Translations under genes and position numbers: made by a program
The notes under the pieces: generated by a model
Databases searched by the model: none
Seen by the model: the letters and a program-made list of their open reading frames with translations, nothing else
Told to the model about the DNA's origin: nothing
Assembly (NCBI RefSeq): GCF_009914755.1
Contig: NC_060937.1
Direction: 5' to 3' (one strand)
Source of the DNA: the human T2T-CHM13v2.0 reference genome, Homo sapiens
DNA length: 64,000 bases
Shown here: piece by piece, positions 43,090 through 58,099 of the stretch
Numbering within the stretch: the first letter of the stretch is position 1
How the letters are laid out: every line of letters begins with the position of its first letter

Positions 43090-43606
43090 GCTTTAGAATC
43101 TGCCCACAAGAAAATCCTACGGGAGTTCCTTGACAAACATTATTGCCAAGCCAACTCAAATATCATCAACTTTCTTTTTCCCAGCCTCCCCTGTGGCTAG
43201 GGGTGAACATGTTAGATAATTATGGCCAACCAGATATAAGTTAAAGTCTTATGAGTGGGAATTATGCTTCCCTGATGAAAATAGAGATTTGGCAGAAGCC
43301 TCCTCCCCCTCCATCTTTCTTTGTCTATGGTTCAGATTTAAGCTGTGGAGATACAGCAACCATATTGCAACCCTAAGACCACAGCATGAAGACGAAAGGT
43401 CTCCTACTAAGGAAAGAAAAGAAAGAAGAAACCCAAAGATATGAAGAGGCTGGGTCCTTGATGACTTTGTCGGGCAGCGACAGCAACTTTAGGCCTTTCT
43501 GGGTTTCTTACAACAAAATTAAACCTCTAATTGTTAAAATGACTTCAGGTTTCCTGGTTTTCATTTTGTTTTGTTTTTACAACTAAACCCATTCCTAACT
43601 GATGCA
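43090..43606. mobile_element. Old ERVL-class LTR relic (LTR16-like)
   Basis: cccagcctcccctgtggctaggggtgaacatg and cattcctaactgatgca end. Confidence 0.5.
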
Positions 43607-43758
43607 GCAGGGTCTTTAGGAACTTTGGACAAGAGTGAAAAGGGTGGTCTAGGAGATCCAGGTAAATCAAGTATGAGCCTGCTTCTACCAAACTTCCTCT
43701 TCTGCTAGAAAACCAGAGTGGAAGGGGAATGGACTGTCAAGTCCATGACTATGCCAAA

Positions 43759-44300
43759 TGTCATGCCCGGGGTCAGGTTCGAGCCCTAGCTGAGGTCCAA
43801 GGGGAGTGGGTGGATGGGCAGATAGCTGAAAGAACACTTGGGGTGGCGGGGTGCGTAGGCAGGTGAATATGGTTTTATTCAGCAGCTCTCTTAGCAGCAG
43901 CTCTCTTACACTGTCTGCGCTGTTCCGGCTGCTTTCTTCAGACGTTCCCAGGCACAGCTGCGTGGCCAGCTCTCCCTTTAGGGTCAGCAGCTTAATTCTT
44001 TCTCTCCCTGAGCACAAGCCAGTTTCTGGCTCCCCCCGACCATCCATCTGCAAGACAGACAGCTTTGATTTTCTCTCTTTCTCTGAGCGTGAGCAAGCCA
44101 GCACAGGAGCGCCTATATAGCATCCGCAGGGCAGTTATACCTTCTTTAAACAATAGTGGCCCTGAGCCCAGTATGAGCTTACAAAAACAGGTTATGTAGC
44201 AAGTGGAGTATGTACCTGCACCCTAAACTCGCTGAGTCATGCAGGCCTGGATGTCTGCCTCAGCCTAATTCTTGACCAAAGCACATCCATGTACCTTACA
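43759..44300 (-). mobile_element. Solo LTR18 (A/B), ERVL class
   Basis: Minus strand reads tgtaaggtacatggatgtgctttggtcaag...gcatgactcagcgag...cctgaccccgggcatgaca. TG...CA ends, TATA-like at 44113-44120, AATAAA at 43874-43879(-). Confidence 0.8.
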
Positions 44301-44631
44301 TGGACCAAAGGTAGTTAGATTACAAGTGTCGACTTCAGCTTTCTACAAGCGAGAAGGAATAGTGTCATGCGATGTTAACTGCATTTTCTGCAATGTTTAC
44401 TGTTTAAGAACAAAAGCATGCTGGAACCTTTGGCTTTCTTGGAAATATTATTACTCTGGGTTGCTTCCCGTGCACTTGCCAGGCCTTTGATGGTCCCGTC
44501 CTTCATCCTGGGACTCCAATTCTCAAAGTCAAAAAAGAAACATGAATGCTTGAGAATTTTCAAATGGTTTTTAACACATTCTTGAACATGGTTAGTGTTA
44601 ACTTATGATGTGTCTTATTTATGTGCCTGAT

Positions 44632-44790
44632 GAGACTTTAATACTTTCTTTAACTGTAAACTTTTCTTAATAGAAAAATCTTTTCATTCTCACCACAAAA
44701 GCAGTGCCGAGACTTTAATAAAGATACTTTCTTTAACTGTAAACTTTTCTTGATCGAAAAATCTTTTCATTCTCACCACAAAAGCAGTGC
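44632..44790. repeat. ~77/82-bp tandem duplication
   Basis: gagactttaat...accacaaaagcagtgc occurs twice, with 2 substitutions and a 6-nt indel. Confidence 0.95.
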
Positions 44791-45354
44791 ATGTTCATTG
44801 TAGAAAAAGTAGTCAGAAGACTTTCTCTTTATTTCAAGTCCTTTAAATTCAAAATCCATTTGTGCTGCTACAAGATTCTTTCAGAGCAGAGGTGCTAATG
44901 ACCTTTGATATTCTGTTTACTCTCACATCAAGGGAATCTACAGAAAGAACATAAGGGTCTTGATGGGAAAAGTCTGAGTGAGTCACAGCTTGATTGCAGC
45001 TAGCTGCCCTGTACTCAGGGAGCTGCAAGGAGGCCAAGCTCACAGCTGATTTTTCTCAAATGGCTTGACTTTAAATTAAATGGGGTTGTGAAGACATCTG
45101 ACTCCCAGCCTGAGCAGTACCTTTCTGTAGCACTTCCATGGAGGCGAGGATTGGGCTTTCTCATTTACTGCTGCATCCTCTGCACCTAGCATGATGCAAG
45201 ATGCAGTGAAGACGGGTGCATTCTACACTTACTAAGAGTTGAATTAAACTCTCCTTGGAAATTATAGCCCAATATAAAAATCTCTGCAGATCACACCAAG
45301 TCATTGCGCTTTGTAATGGGTTCTTTTATTTGGGGATAAGAAAAGTATGTCTGG

Positions 45355-45710
<356 letters not shown>

Positions 45711-45769
45711 TCAGCAAGCAGATTTCAACACAAAAGATGGTCAAAAGAGTGTCTCCATCAATAATAGCA

Positions 45770-45990
45770 GTAATAGCTAATGCTTACAGTACTTACGGTA
45801 TACAAGGCACTGTTCTAAATATTTTACAAATATTTACCAATTTAGTTCTCATAGCTGCCCCTATTATCTCATCCCTATTTAAGAAATGAGGAAGCCAAGA
45901 CCCACAATGACTAAGTCACTTTACTCCCGGTCACATCACACACAGCTGGGATGGAATGCACAGCTAGCTCCAGAATCTGTCCATTGCTGC
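45770..45990 (-). mobile_element. MIR
   Basis: aatagctaatgcttacagtacttac...aggcactgttcta...aaatgaggaagcc. Confidence 0.75.
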
Positions 45991-47397
45991 GCAAACCTCC
46001 TCTTAAAAGTGTGCTTAATACTAAGATCTTCCAGCTAAACTACATTCTGCAAGTTGTTTCCAGGAACTGTCCTAGAGTTTATTTCTCCTTTGACTGGGGT
46101 CCACAAAGAGCTAAGAATTGCACTTGGCTCTAAGATTCAGCAGCATTGAGTTGCTGAAGCTCAGGAATTCCACCTCATGAGTAAGAGCACTGGGCCTATT
46201 TGGTTCGGTCACACATACCCTATAGACTGCTACTGTGAGCTAAACCCTCCAGACCTACCTGACATCCAGTTTTGAGGCTCATGCTTAACTTCTCTTGCTG
46301 GTAGAGCACTGCATTCAGAGAGATTCAACGTTTGGGTGGCTTAACAACTACAGATGCTGTATTGGAGGGAGTTTTTGGAAGAACCTTCTAGAAGTCTCTC
46401 CACAGCCTTTCTGTCCTCTGCCAGAGGGCACAGTAATGGTGTAGCCAAGGACCCAAATCTGTCAGGGTCCTCATAGGAATAGATGGCACAATCCAAGTAG
46501 AATCCAGGAAGGGCTAATTTATAAGGTGACTAAGTTACAATAATACCAGTGAGGTGTAGGGGAAGCACGGGGACAGTACAGAAACTCTTCTGCTGTCCCC
46601 ATTCCCAGAGCTGAGGGAACAAAGAGAACAAGTGGCCGTGGCATCTAGAAGGCAGCTCAGGCCTGTTGGTTGCTTTGAGAGGAGCACTGGCCTTCAATCA
46701 GGGATGCAGCCAGCCCCAGGAAAATCAGGGGAGTAAGTATCCATCCTCCTTCTCCTTTCTATTTCAGATCTCTTGACAGGAGTCCTCCCTGGCTGGACCC
46801 AAAAGGAAGCAAGGGAGATTGAGATTCCTTTGTTATAGTTCATACAAGTCAGCTTCAGGGGCAGAGAGCAATAAGGAAAAGGGAAAACGTGGATCTGGAA
46901 AGAGAAATGAACAGTATCTGGAAGCAGGATCAGCCAGACTGTTAACAGGCTGAGGCCTATGCCAACAAGAGAAGGTAATAAAGAGGTCCAAAGCAACAGA
47001 ACAAACATCATGACAGAATGGCAGCCTTGTCTCCACTCTGTAAGAACTGCAAGCTGAGAGTACTAAGCTAGCCTACAGCTGGGGTCAGTGGGCCATTTTG
47101 TTCTCTGGGTATTGCACTAAAGGATGTGTAGAAAATATCTGGAGGTAGAAAAAAAAGTCTGTGTTGGGACAAAGGAACAACCATGCAGACTTGGCAGTTA
47201 TGATCCCAGAGGTAATGTCAGTATAACCTGTATCCTTCAACCTGGCAGAAGTGCTTGCTGAAGACTGGTAGATGAACAACGTGCACTTTCATACATCATT
47301 ATATACCAACTATAGGAAAATTTGAGACCTAAAGAAAAATTGTATCTGAGCCACATCTCTAGCATCTGAATATTAAACAACAAAGCGGTTAAAATAA

Positions 47398-47612
47398 CAG
47401 TCGGCAAATAGCATCTAAGTGCCAATTCATCTTGCGTCTGTTTGTGTAAGTAAAGTTTTATTGGAACAGCACCATGGTCATTCACTAATATGGTCTATGG
47501 CAGCTTTCCTGCTACAGTGGCAGAGTTCAGTAGACAGAGACTGAGTGGTCCGCAGAACCCAGAAGATTTGTTTACTATCTGGCACTTTACGAATAGAGTT
47601 TACCAGCTCATG
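47398..47612. mobile_element. MER58A-like hAT-Charlie element
   Basis: taaagttttattggaacagc...tatggcagctttcctgctacagtggcagagtt...tttactatctggcactttac. Confidence 0.85.
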
Positions 47613-48144
47613 AATTCGGGTCAGTTTTTATAGATGCAATATGACCTACAGTAACATCATGAGTGGGTTTCAGATGACTGTGAGTCAATATCTACCGCTA
47701 GGTCCAAACTTGGAAAAGGCAACAACTATGTCTGTCTTATTCATAGCTCAATCCCTGGTGCATAGCACAGGCTTGGCACAGAATGGGGGCAGAGTGAATG
47801 TATGTTCTGTAAAGGCTTGAATGTTCCTGAGGGCAGAGGATATAGGCATTTAGAGAGGAACTTCCCTTTAAAGAGATGTGAAATAAACCACAGAACTTTA
47901 TAGCATTTTTCCATAACTGGCTTTGTTTGGGCTTTTATCTTTATCTTCCTCCTTTAGTTTACTTGAAAATTTAATGTGAACTGTTTGAGGAAGAGAAGGA
48001 AAGTGGCAATTGTCAATTGTACATGGAGTAAATGAGATTTTTCATCTGTCTCTGTTCTCTGATTATGTTTCCCATGTTGTGTCTGGACCGCTGATTTGGT
48101 AAACGAGGACTGAGCCTAGCATTGCCCAGAAGGTTTCTCAGTAG

Positions 48145-49176
<1,032 letters not shown>

Positions 49177-49341
49177 GTGGTTCTAAACCCTCAGAAGTGA
49201 CCATACTATTTGTCAAGTCTTTCTCAGCCTTTGCTATAAAAGGAGTGAGACCTCAAAGCCATTCAAGAGATCTAGCTTCTAGGTGGGTGGATTGGGAGAG
49301 AAAGTCAAATATTCACCTGAGAAAACACCATCTTCTGAGGC

Positions 49342-49600
49342 ATTCATTCATTCAAAAAATATTTATTAGGTGCTTATTCTGTGTCAAGGAATCTTTCAGG
49401 TATAGGAGATACAATAGTAAACAAAAAGACAAAAATAAAATTCCTGCCCTCATGAACTTATATTCTCACGTGTGTGTAATAGAGAGAGGAATAGAGGAAA
49501 AATTTTTCCTTAAAATAAGTAAAATGTAGTACATTAAAGGGTGTAAGTTCTATGGAGAAAAATAAAGCAAGGAAGGACCCTAGAGGGTGCTAGATTGGGA
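49342..49600 (-). mobile_element. L2 3' end
   Basis: cattcattcattcaaaaaatatttattaggtgcttattctgtgtcaagg. Confidence 0.8.
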
Positions 49601-52600
49601 ATATGGGACATTTCCGTTAACTCTCATGGTGGTGGGTAAATGAGCTCATTCCTACTTTAGCATTTGGCATTACGAGAAGAAATATCATCATTGCACTAGA
49701 AAAGTATTTGGCTATTTGATCTTCACTTTAGGGAGGAAAGTATTGAAATCTCAGCTTTCTGGGAGTTTGAAATTGTTAGCGTGGTTACAGTAACAATTCA
49801 TTCCCCTACCCTGAACCTCTTGTGTGCATCTTTGACATAACACACTTGCCCAAGTAGAAAGTCATAACTTGGTCCACCAAGAAAACAAGAACACAGAACA
49901 CAGAAGTTGGCTAAAGTCGGCCATTTGAATATGGACTGGCCAAACTCATATAGTAGTTTTCTTATCAGGGTCAGAAATCTCTGCAAGCCAGGCAACTATC
50001 CTTCATGCTCCCTTTACTTCATTAGGCATTTTCCAAACAGAAGGAAGGACCCATGTTTCAGAAATTCTGATCGGAATATTTGGGTGGCCACATATGAAAG
50101 TATTCCTTCGTGCCTGCCAATGCCCACTCAGCAGTGCCAAACCTTGCAAGAAAGCAGGGGCTTGGGGAGAGGGCGTGAGTTTGAAACATACTGCGAATGC
50201 ATTGAAAACCATGAAAAAAATCTTCTCAACTTAATTGGCTTGGCCAATGAGATTGAATCATTTGCAAAACCACTTTTATGAAGCACTGTCCAGAGACTGA
50301 GGATACAGCATAAAGATCTAAACACCCCCCAGTCTTCTCCTAAGTAGTGACATGAGTCTTCAGTGTCTGATGAAACAAAACCAAATTCCATCTCTCAGAA
50401 GGTGGGAAGGGAGCCACATGACCTACACTGTACTCCAGAACCTCAGGTGATATGCTGAACGGGAATGGAGGGGAAATTGTGGAAGAGCTAGAGAAACTTC
50501 CATGGATGCTCCTGGGGACACTTGCAGTGAAATTGAGGATATCTGGCTTCCACAGCTCTCTAGGGAGCTGGTTGCAGATTTGATTCCTACAGCCTCTTCC
50601 CTGGAGTGGATTGGCCTCTTCTCCACTTCCCTCATTTTCGCCTGGGAGCCAACGAGTTTCCATAGTGTGGAATGGAGCTAGGATTTCCCAGGCCTGGGAC
50701 GCAGTCCAGAAATCAAGAAGAGTAAGTTCAGAATTTCCCAAGCCTCTGCACTCGGTGTTCTTTCAGCTCAGCTGGTCCCACAGAGCAGCCTTCAGAGCCA
50801 TTCAAATATGCATCATGTCCCTCCTGTTTTCCTATGGATTTGTTGCCCTTTCCCACACTAGAAGCAGAGAAAAAAAAAAAATCTGTATCCTTAGCTTCTC
50901 TCCTTCCTCATTTCTCTTCATTCTCCCTCCAAATTTGAATACAAGTTACCTAAAATTGTTCTTAAGATTTTTAAAGGTATGTATCAACAGAATCACTCTG
51001 TCAGCCTCCCAATTAAACAGTTTGGATGTGACCTTCTGCCTGAGTTTATCATTTGGGCAATATTTGCCCTGTTTGAGAGCAGTAATAACTCCAGCCCTCT
51101 TCTTGTACTTATGCCAAGCATGCTGCATTTAAACAGCACTGAAATTCCTCATGGCATTTTCTTTCTAATCTTTTAAATATTTGCTTATTTTTTCCCACAG
51201 GAAACTTTACAGTTAAATGTGCATTCCTAAATCAATCCTTGTTGGTTTCCTCCCCTTCTCTGCCCACTCCCCCCAGTACTTCCCTCTTCAGCAAATCCTT
51301 GGGCAGCTCACTGTGGACGATTCTCTTAGTTTGACTGCTCATAGCAATGGGAGACATGCTCCTTTGCATTGCATGATTTGATCAATGGCAGTTAGTTTTC
51401 TCATTTGCTCAGTAAATCTTAGCTATTGCCTTGCTTAGGACTCTTCTTCACACATAGGAAGCATCTCCAAAAGCTAATCGAACTCCATTATTTTTTAATC
51501 TCTCCTAAGTTCAGGCTCATCTTTTCCTCTTGATGACAACTCAATGGGCCCTCTGTGGGGCTGGCCATGTGATGCAAGCCCCACCACACTCTCAAATCCA
51601 ACAACTGCTTGACAGATTTTGTTTCCCAGTTTTACATGAAACATCACAATAAAAGGAAACAGGAACTCAATGAAGATAAATTAGAAGCAGTAGCTAATAC
51701 CTACAGAAAAAAATTCCAAGTAGCACACTCCAAGGGATCATTTTATAGCCTTTATTCTTTATTTGGGAGAAAATGAGCAGACTAGTCAAAAAATATAACC
51801 AACTAATTTATATCTGCCTTACCAGCCATTAGAATAAGCCAGTGAAACATGTCTCTGGTGAAATTCTTAGCTTTACATTTTCATCACAGGCAGTTTCGCA
51901 AGCCATAAAATGTTATCAAATATCTGCAGAACAGATCAATGGTACTGCAACAGGGAAGCCCTTTGTCATAAAAGGCCAAAGACTGGCCACCATCCTTGAA
52001 TCTCGGAAAGATCTGTTAGCAACCTTTTTGGTAGTCACAGGAACTTCTGGAACTAGATGGAAATGTTGTAATCAGTAACTGTTCCCCGTAATTGGCTGTG
52101 TTTCCATTTAAGATCAGAGTGGAACTCTGAATGAGAAGGTGGGAGATTTAAGTGTTTCAGAAGCACTTTTCATGGCTGGATCTAAATTGAGATTCAACTG
52201 AATTCTATGAGTACTTATGGGAAATCTGCTCCACATACCCCACTGTGCTTAACATGGCCATGTTATTATACGACTCTGGGCAGAGGCATTCACGACCTAG
52301 TCCCTAGGATTGGCCTCCCTAGAATTCCTGCACAGTCACATATGATGCCCATCATGTTAGATACCATGGGCCTTTCAAAGTCTGAGGAGGACTCTCTCTG
52401 CCTTCAAAGAGCTTTTAGGCTGGCAGGAAGGAAAAGATTGCTACAGAAGCAACTATTATACCAGGCAGAACAAGCTTAGTAGCAAAATGGAAGTGAGTAA
52501 CCAAAATTGAACTCCAAGTTAACTCAAAATGTAAGGAATGGGCAAAGGAAGGAGGATAGTGGGGAGAAGAAAAGCTGGGATTATTTTGTGGGAGGCTCCA

Positions 52601-54505
52601 ATGTTTGGTGTTCAATTGGTAAGGCATCAAGAATTATGCTTTTGGAAGAAAAAAGTGACAAGAAAAAAAATGGCACATTTTTCAGGAGTCTGGAAGACAG
52701 GTAAAAAGACACTGCAAATAATCTAGATAAAAGATAAGGGGGCCTGGGCTAGTGTGATAACAGTCAAAATGGAAGAAAGGTGATGGACTTGGAAGATGTT
52801 TTGACATTTATAAAAATTCACTTCTGTTCACCATAAAGTTATAGGTGAGAAAATTTGTAAGAAATAAGGGCTGATTAATCCCAATTTTAAGAATAAGAAA
52901 CAATAGAGTTAAATATATTAGGTTGAATAATATTAAATTGTCCTTTTCGTAGGTAACAAAATAGTTGACTATTGATAATTTCATAAAATTTATACTTACT
53001 TTATAATAAGTGCTCTTAAATATACAACTGTAGAAAAAGCATAGCCCCAAACTTAATAACTTTAGAAGAAATAACAATTAACTGTAAACAGAAGAGAGCC
53101 AGAAATCATTTATTTAGCAGTGAAACAGGTGAGGGCATGTTTTAAAGAACAGATACAGTTCTTAAGGGATATTGCCCACTAGAGAACCTCTGGTGGCTTT
53201 CAGCCTAAGGAAAAGGTTCAGACAAAAGTGGTTAGGTCACTGAAAGCCCTGTACTGTTCTGGAATAAAAGAAGGGCATTGTAATTTACTTCCATTTATAA
53301 CCTGTTATACACCTCCCTTTGGGGCTTTCTTAAGAAGATTTGAGCCAGAGTCATTGGCAAGCATTGAAAGCACCTCTAGTGAAATTTTCCCTGAGTCCAT
53401 TTCTATCCACACTTCCTTCACCATAATACACACTGAAGGCAGAATCTAGGAATAAATAAAGCTTAACTGTGTTGTGCTAAACTTAGGCAAACTTTCCATT
53501 ACATGAGGATGTTATTAAGTCACCCCATAAATGTTAATGATTACCTGAGGGTGAACGCTGTGAACCCCAGTCAGAATGACACAGGCTATAGAACCTCCAT
53601 AATTTTTACCTCCAAATTCTGGGCCACATCAATCTGCCTCCAGGACTTTGTTCCTGTTCATCCCCTTTCCTAGAAAGTTCTCTCCCCTCCCTACTTCTTT
53701 GCCTCCCATGGAATGACAACTCATCCTTCAAGTCCTGACTCCGAGTTCACTCCAGAGGAACCAAGTCTTCTTCTATGAACACTCAGTTCATGCCTTTGTT
53801 TTCATTTTTGAGTTTGATGTCTACCAGTCTAATTTTGGTTTTCAATCAGATTTGATCAAGAAAGGTAAGCACAAAAATGTGTTGAGCAGTTTAAAAAAAA
53901 GGAAAATAAATTTCAGATTGTGTGCTGGTAATATGCTGCATTTGTGTCAGTAAAATGTCAAAAAATGCATTGCAAAAGAAGGCAAATATTTTCATTTGTG
54001 CATAAAAGTATACATGAATTATGTATAATAGAAATATGTTTGCATAGGCATAGAAAACATTTGAAGGGATAGCCATCCATTTCCCCTAGGATGTTGGGAA
54101 GATTAGCTACTTTTACAGTATTATTTAATCATTTCTTCATTGCTTAATTTTTAAAAGAATACTTTTATTAAAATAAATATACATACCCCTCCCACACTGG
54201 GTCTTGGAGAACTGTGGTTCATTCAAGATCAGCGTCAAAGGGGATATGTACCAAAGCCCACAACACCCACTCCCAAGTGAGACCTGTCTTCAACATGTTC
54301 CTTAGTGGTTTCCATTAGAAAGTGTTTGTCATATTACAGGGTGACCTTTCCAAAGCCAAACACAGCCAGGTTAACTAACTCCGGAGGCTACACTCCACAG
54401 CCTCCTGCACTGATAATTTGGGGTGAATGAGGCAACCTTTTACTTACTTTTTAGAGTAACAAAAGGGATTGTTGCCCAAGAAAAAAAGGACTGGTAAAAA
54501 TTGTG

Positions 54506-55656
54506 CAGTAGTTCCCCCATCCGCAAAGGATATGTTCCTAGATCCCCAGTGGATGCCTGAAAGCATAGGTAGTACAGAACCCTGTGTACACTATGTTTTT
54601 CCTACACATACATACCTATGGTAAAGTTTAATTTACAAATGAGGCACAGAAAGAGATTAATAGTAATAACTAATGATAACATAGAACAATTATAACAAAC
54701 CTCAGCCACACTACTCTTGTGCTTTGGGACCATTATGAAGACAAATAAAGGTAACTTGAACACAAGCACTGTGACACTAGGACAATCAATCTGATCATTG
54801 AAATGGGCTCCTAACAGGATGGTAGTATAGACAGTGTGGAGATGCTGGACAAAGGGAGGATTCATGTCCTGGGTGGCATGGAGTGAAACTGTGTGAGATT
54901 TCATTGTGATACGCAGAATGGCACACTGTTTAAAACAGAGTTCCCCAACCCTGTTAGGAACCAGGCTGCACAACAGGAGATGAGCAGAGGGCGAGTGAGT
55001 GAAGCTTCATCTGTATTTACAGCTGCTTCCCATCGTGCACATGACCTCCTGAGCTCCACCTCCTGTCAGATCAGCAGCAGCATTAGATTCTTGTAGGAGC
55101 GGAAACCCTATTGTGAAATATGCATGCCAGGGATCTGGGTTGTGTGCTCCTTATGAGAATCTAATGTCTGGTGATCTGTCATTGCCTCCCATCACCCCCA
55201 GATGGGACCATCTAGTTGCAGAAAAACAAGCTCAGGGCTCCCACTGATTCTACGTTATGGTGAGTTGTATAATTATTTCAGTATATATTAGAACGTAATA
55301 ATAATAGAAATAAAGTACACAATAAATATAACATGCTTGAATCATCCTGAAACCATCCCCAACCATGGTCTGTGGAAAAATTGCCTTCCACAAAACCTGT
55401 CCCTGGTGCCAAAAAGGTTGAGGGTCACTGATTTAAAACATATAAATTGTTTATTTCTGGAATTTTTCATCTAATGTCTTCAGACCACAAACATTTGAGC
55501 CTTACATTTGAGTCATTAATCCATCTTGAGTTAATTTTTGTAAATGGTGAAAAGTAGGAGTCCAGCTTAATTCTTCTGTATATGACTAGTCAGTTACCTT
55601 GACTGAAGGTACCTGAAGTCATGGAGAGTGAAACCCAGATAAGAGGGGGACTACTG
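54506..55656 (-). mobile_element. MER44 (Tigger7-derived) DNA transposon with two nested inserts
   Basis: Terminal inverted repeats cagtagttccccc and gggggactactg followed by TA; internal MER44 motifs. Confidence 0.82.
54936..55430 (+). mobile_element. MER1A (hAT-Charlie) nested in MER44
   Basis: cagagttccccaaccc...ggtgccaaaaaggttgagggtcactg; 8-bp TSD gtttaaaa / atttaaaa. Confidence 0.9.
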
Positions 55657-56287
55657 TAAATGTAATATTTGACGTCATTGTATGAAGCACTGAGCAGCCA
55701 CTTCCCAGCATAGGATATTCTCATGGCCAAATAAATGCTTAGGCCTGAGCTTCCCACCATCTCCTCGCTACTCTTGCTTCTCCAACATCTTCTCTTCCAT
55801 TTGCTAGCTACCAATCTTCAACCATCGACTTCCTATTCCTTTATTATGCTAAACTTTTCATCCTCTCAAAGTAGGTTTTAGATTTACCTTTAATATCCAA
55901 AAATGTCAAAACTCACATTAAGGGGAGCCTGCTTAACAAAGGACCCTCTATCCAAGTCTCTTTCTGTAGCAACCAACAAATAATTTGGTGAACCAGCATC
56001 ACATTTCTTAGGCAGGGCTTCTAATCAGACCAAGCAGAGCCCACTGGAGATTCTATCACTAGAATCAAAGTTAGAAAATTAGAGCTTGGCTATATACGCC
56101 TGACATTCTCACTGACAGGACTTCCACATTGGGAGTGAAGTGAAGTAGAAGGAAGGTCTTCCTAGAACAACAATGAACATTCATCAAGCACTTTCTATGG
56201 ACTAGCCCCTGGACTAAGGCATCTTTCATGTAGCATCTCACTTAGTTTTAACAACTCTGTGAGATTGCAATGGAAAAATTTATCCCT

Positions 56288-56588
<301 letters not shown>

Positions 56589-57339
56589 TTGTCCAGAATA
56601 TGGTCTGTGTGATGTAATCACAGTCTTCTTAGGAAAAGAAATTAGACTTTTACTGATAATATATTTAAGCAGTTTTCTGATGAGCTATAAATGGGATTAA
56701 CACTTGCTCTGGGAAATGATCACTAATTCACAGCTGATAAATCAGTGTCAGATTCTAGTGATACTTTCTTTTTTAAAATGTAATTTCAACTTTTATTTTA
56801 AATTCAAAGGGTACATGAGCAGATGGGTTACATAGGCAGACTGCATGATGCTAAGTTTGGGGTAAAATTGATCTCATCCCCTGGGGAGTGAGCATAGTAC
56901 CTAAACATTAGTTTTTAACCCTTGCCCTTCTCTCTTCCCCCTCTAGTAGTCCCCAGTATCTATTATTGCCATCTTTATGTCCAGGTGTACCCAAAATTTA
57001 GCTCCCACTTACAAGTAAGAACATACAGGACTTGGTTTTCTGTTATTGCATGAATTTGCTTAGGATAGTAGCCTCCAGCTGCATCCATGCTGCTGCAAGG
57101 GACATGATTTCATTCTTTTTATGGCTGTCTAGTATTCCATGTTGTGCATGTACCACATTTTCTTTATCCAATACACTATTGATGGCAACCTAGGTTGATT
57201 CCTTGTCTTAGTTATTGTGAATAGCACTGCAACGAACATACAAGTGCATGTGTTTTTTTTTTGTTTTTTTGGTAGAATGATTTATGTTCTTTTGGGTATA
57301 TGCCCAGTAATAGAATTGCCGGGTCAAATGGTAGTTCTG

Positions 57340-57613
<274 letters not shown>

Positions 57614-57754
57614 TAGTTCTGTCTTAAGCTCTTTGAGAAATTTCCAAACTACTTTCCACAGTGGCTGAACTAATTTACATGCCCACCCCCGCCCCCAACA
57701 GTGTATACATGTTCCTTTTTCTCTGCAGTCTTGCCAGCACCGGTTATTTTTTGA

Positions 57755-58099
<345 letters not shown>

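Noticed and set aside
50611-51132. Longest ORF (173 aa), plus 8895-9332, 23186-23626 and 41539-41973
   Set aside because: Mostly non-ATG starts, low-information L/S/F-rich composition, no domain similarity and no splice architecture. Expected by chance.
51330-52130. Unique sequence with SOX-like and single p53 half-site motifs as a possible enhancer
   Set aside because: The motifs are short and at chance frequency, and conservation cannot be judged from this sequence alone.
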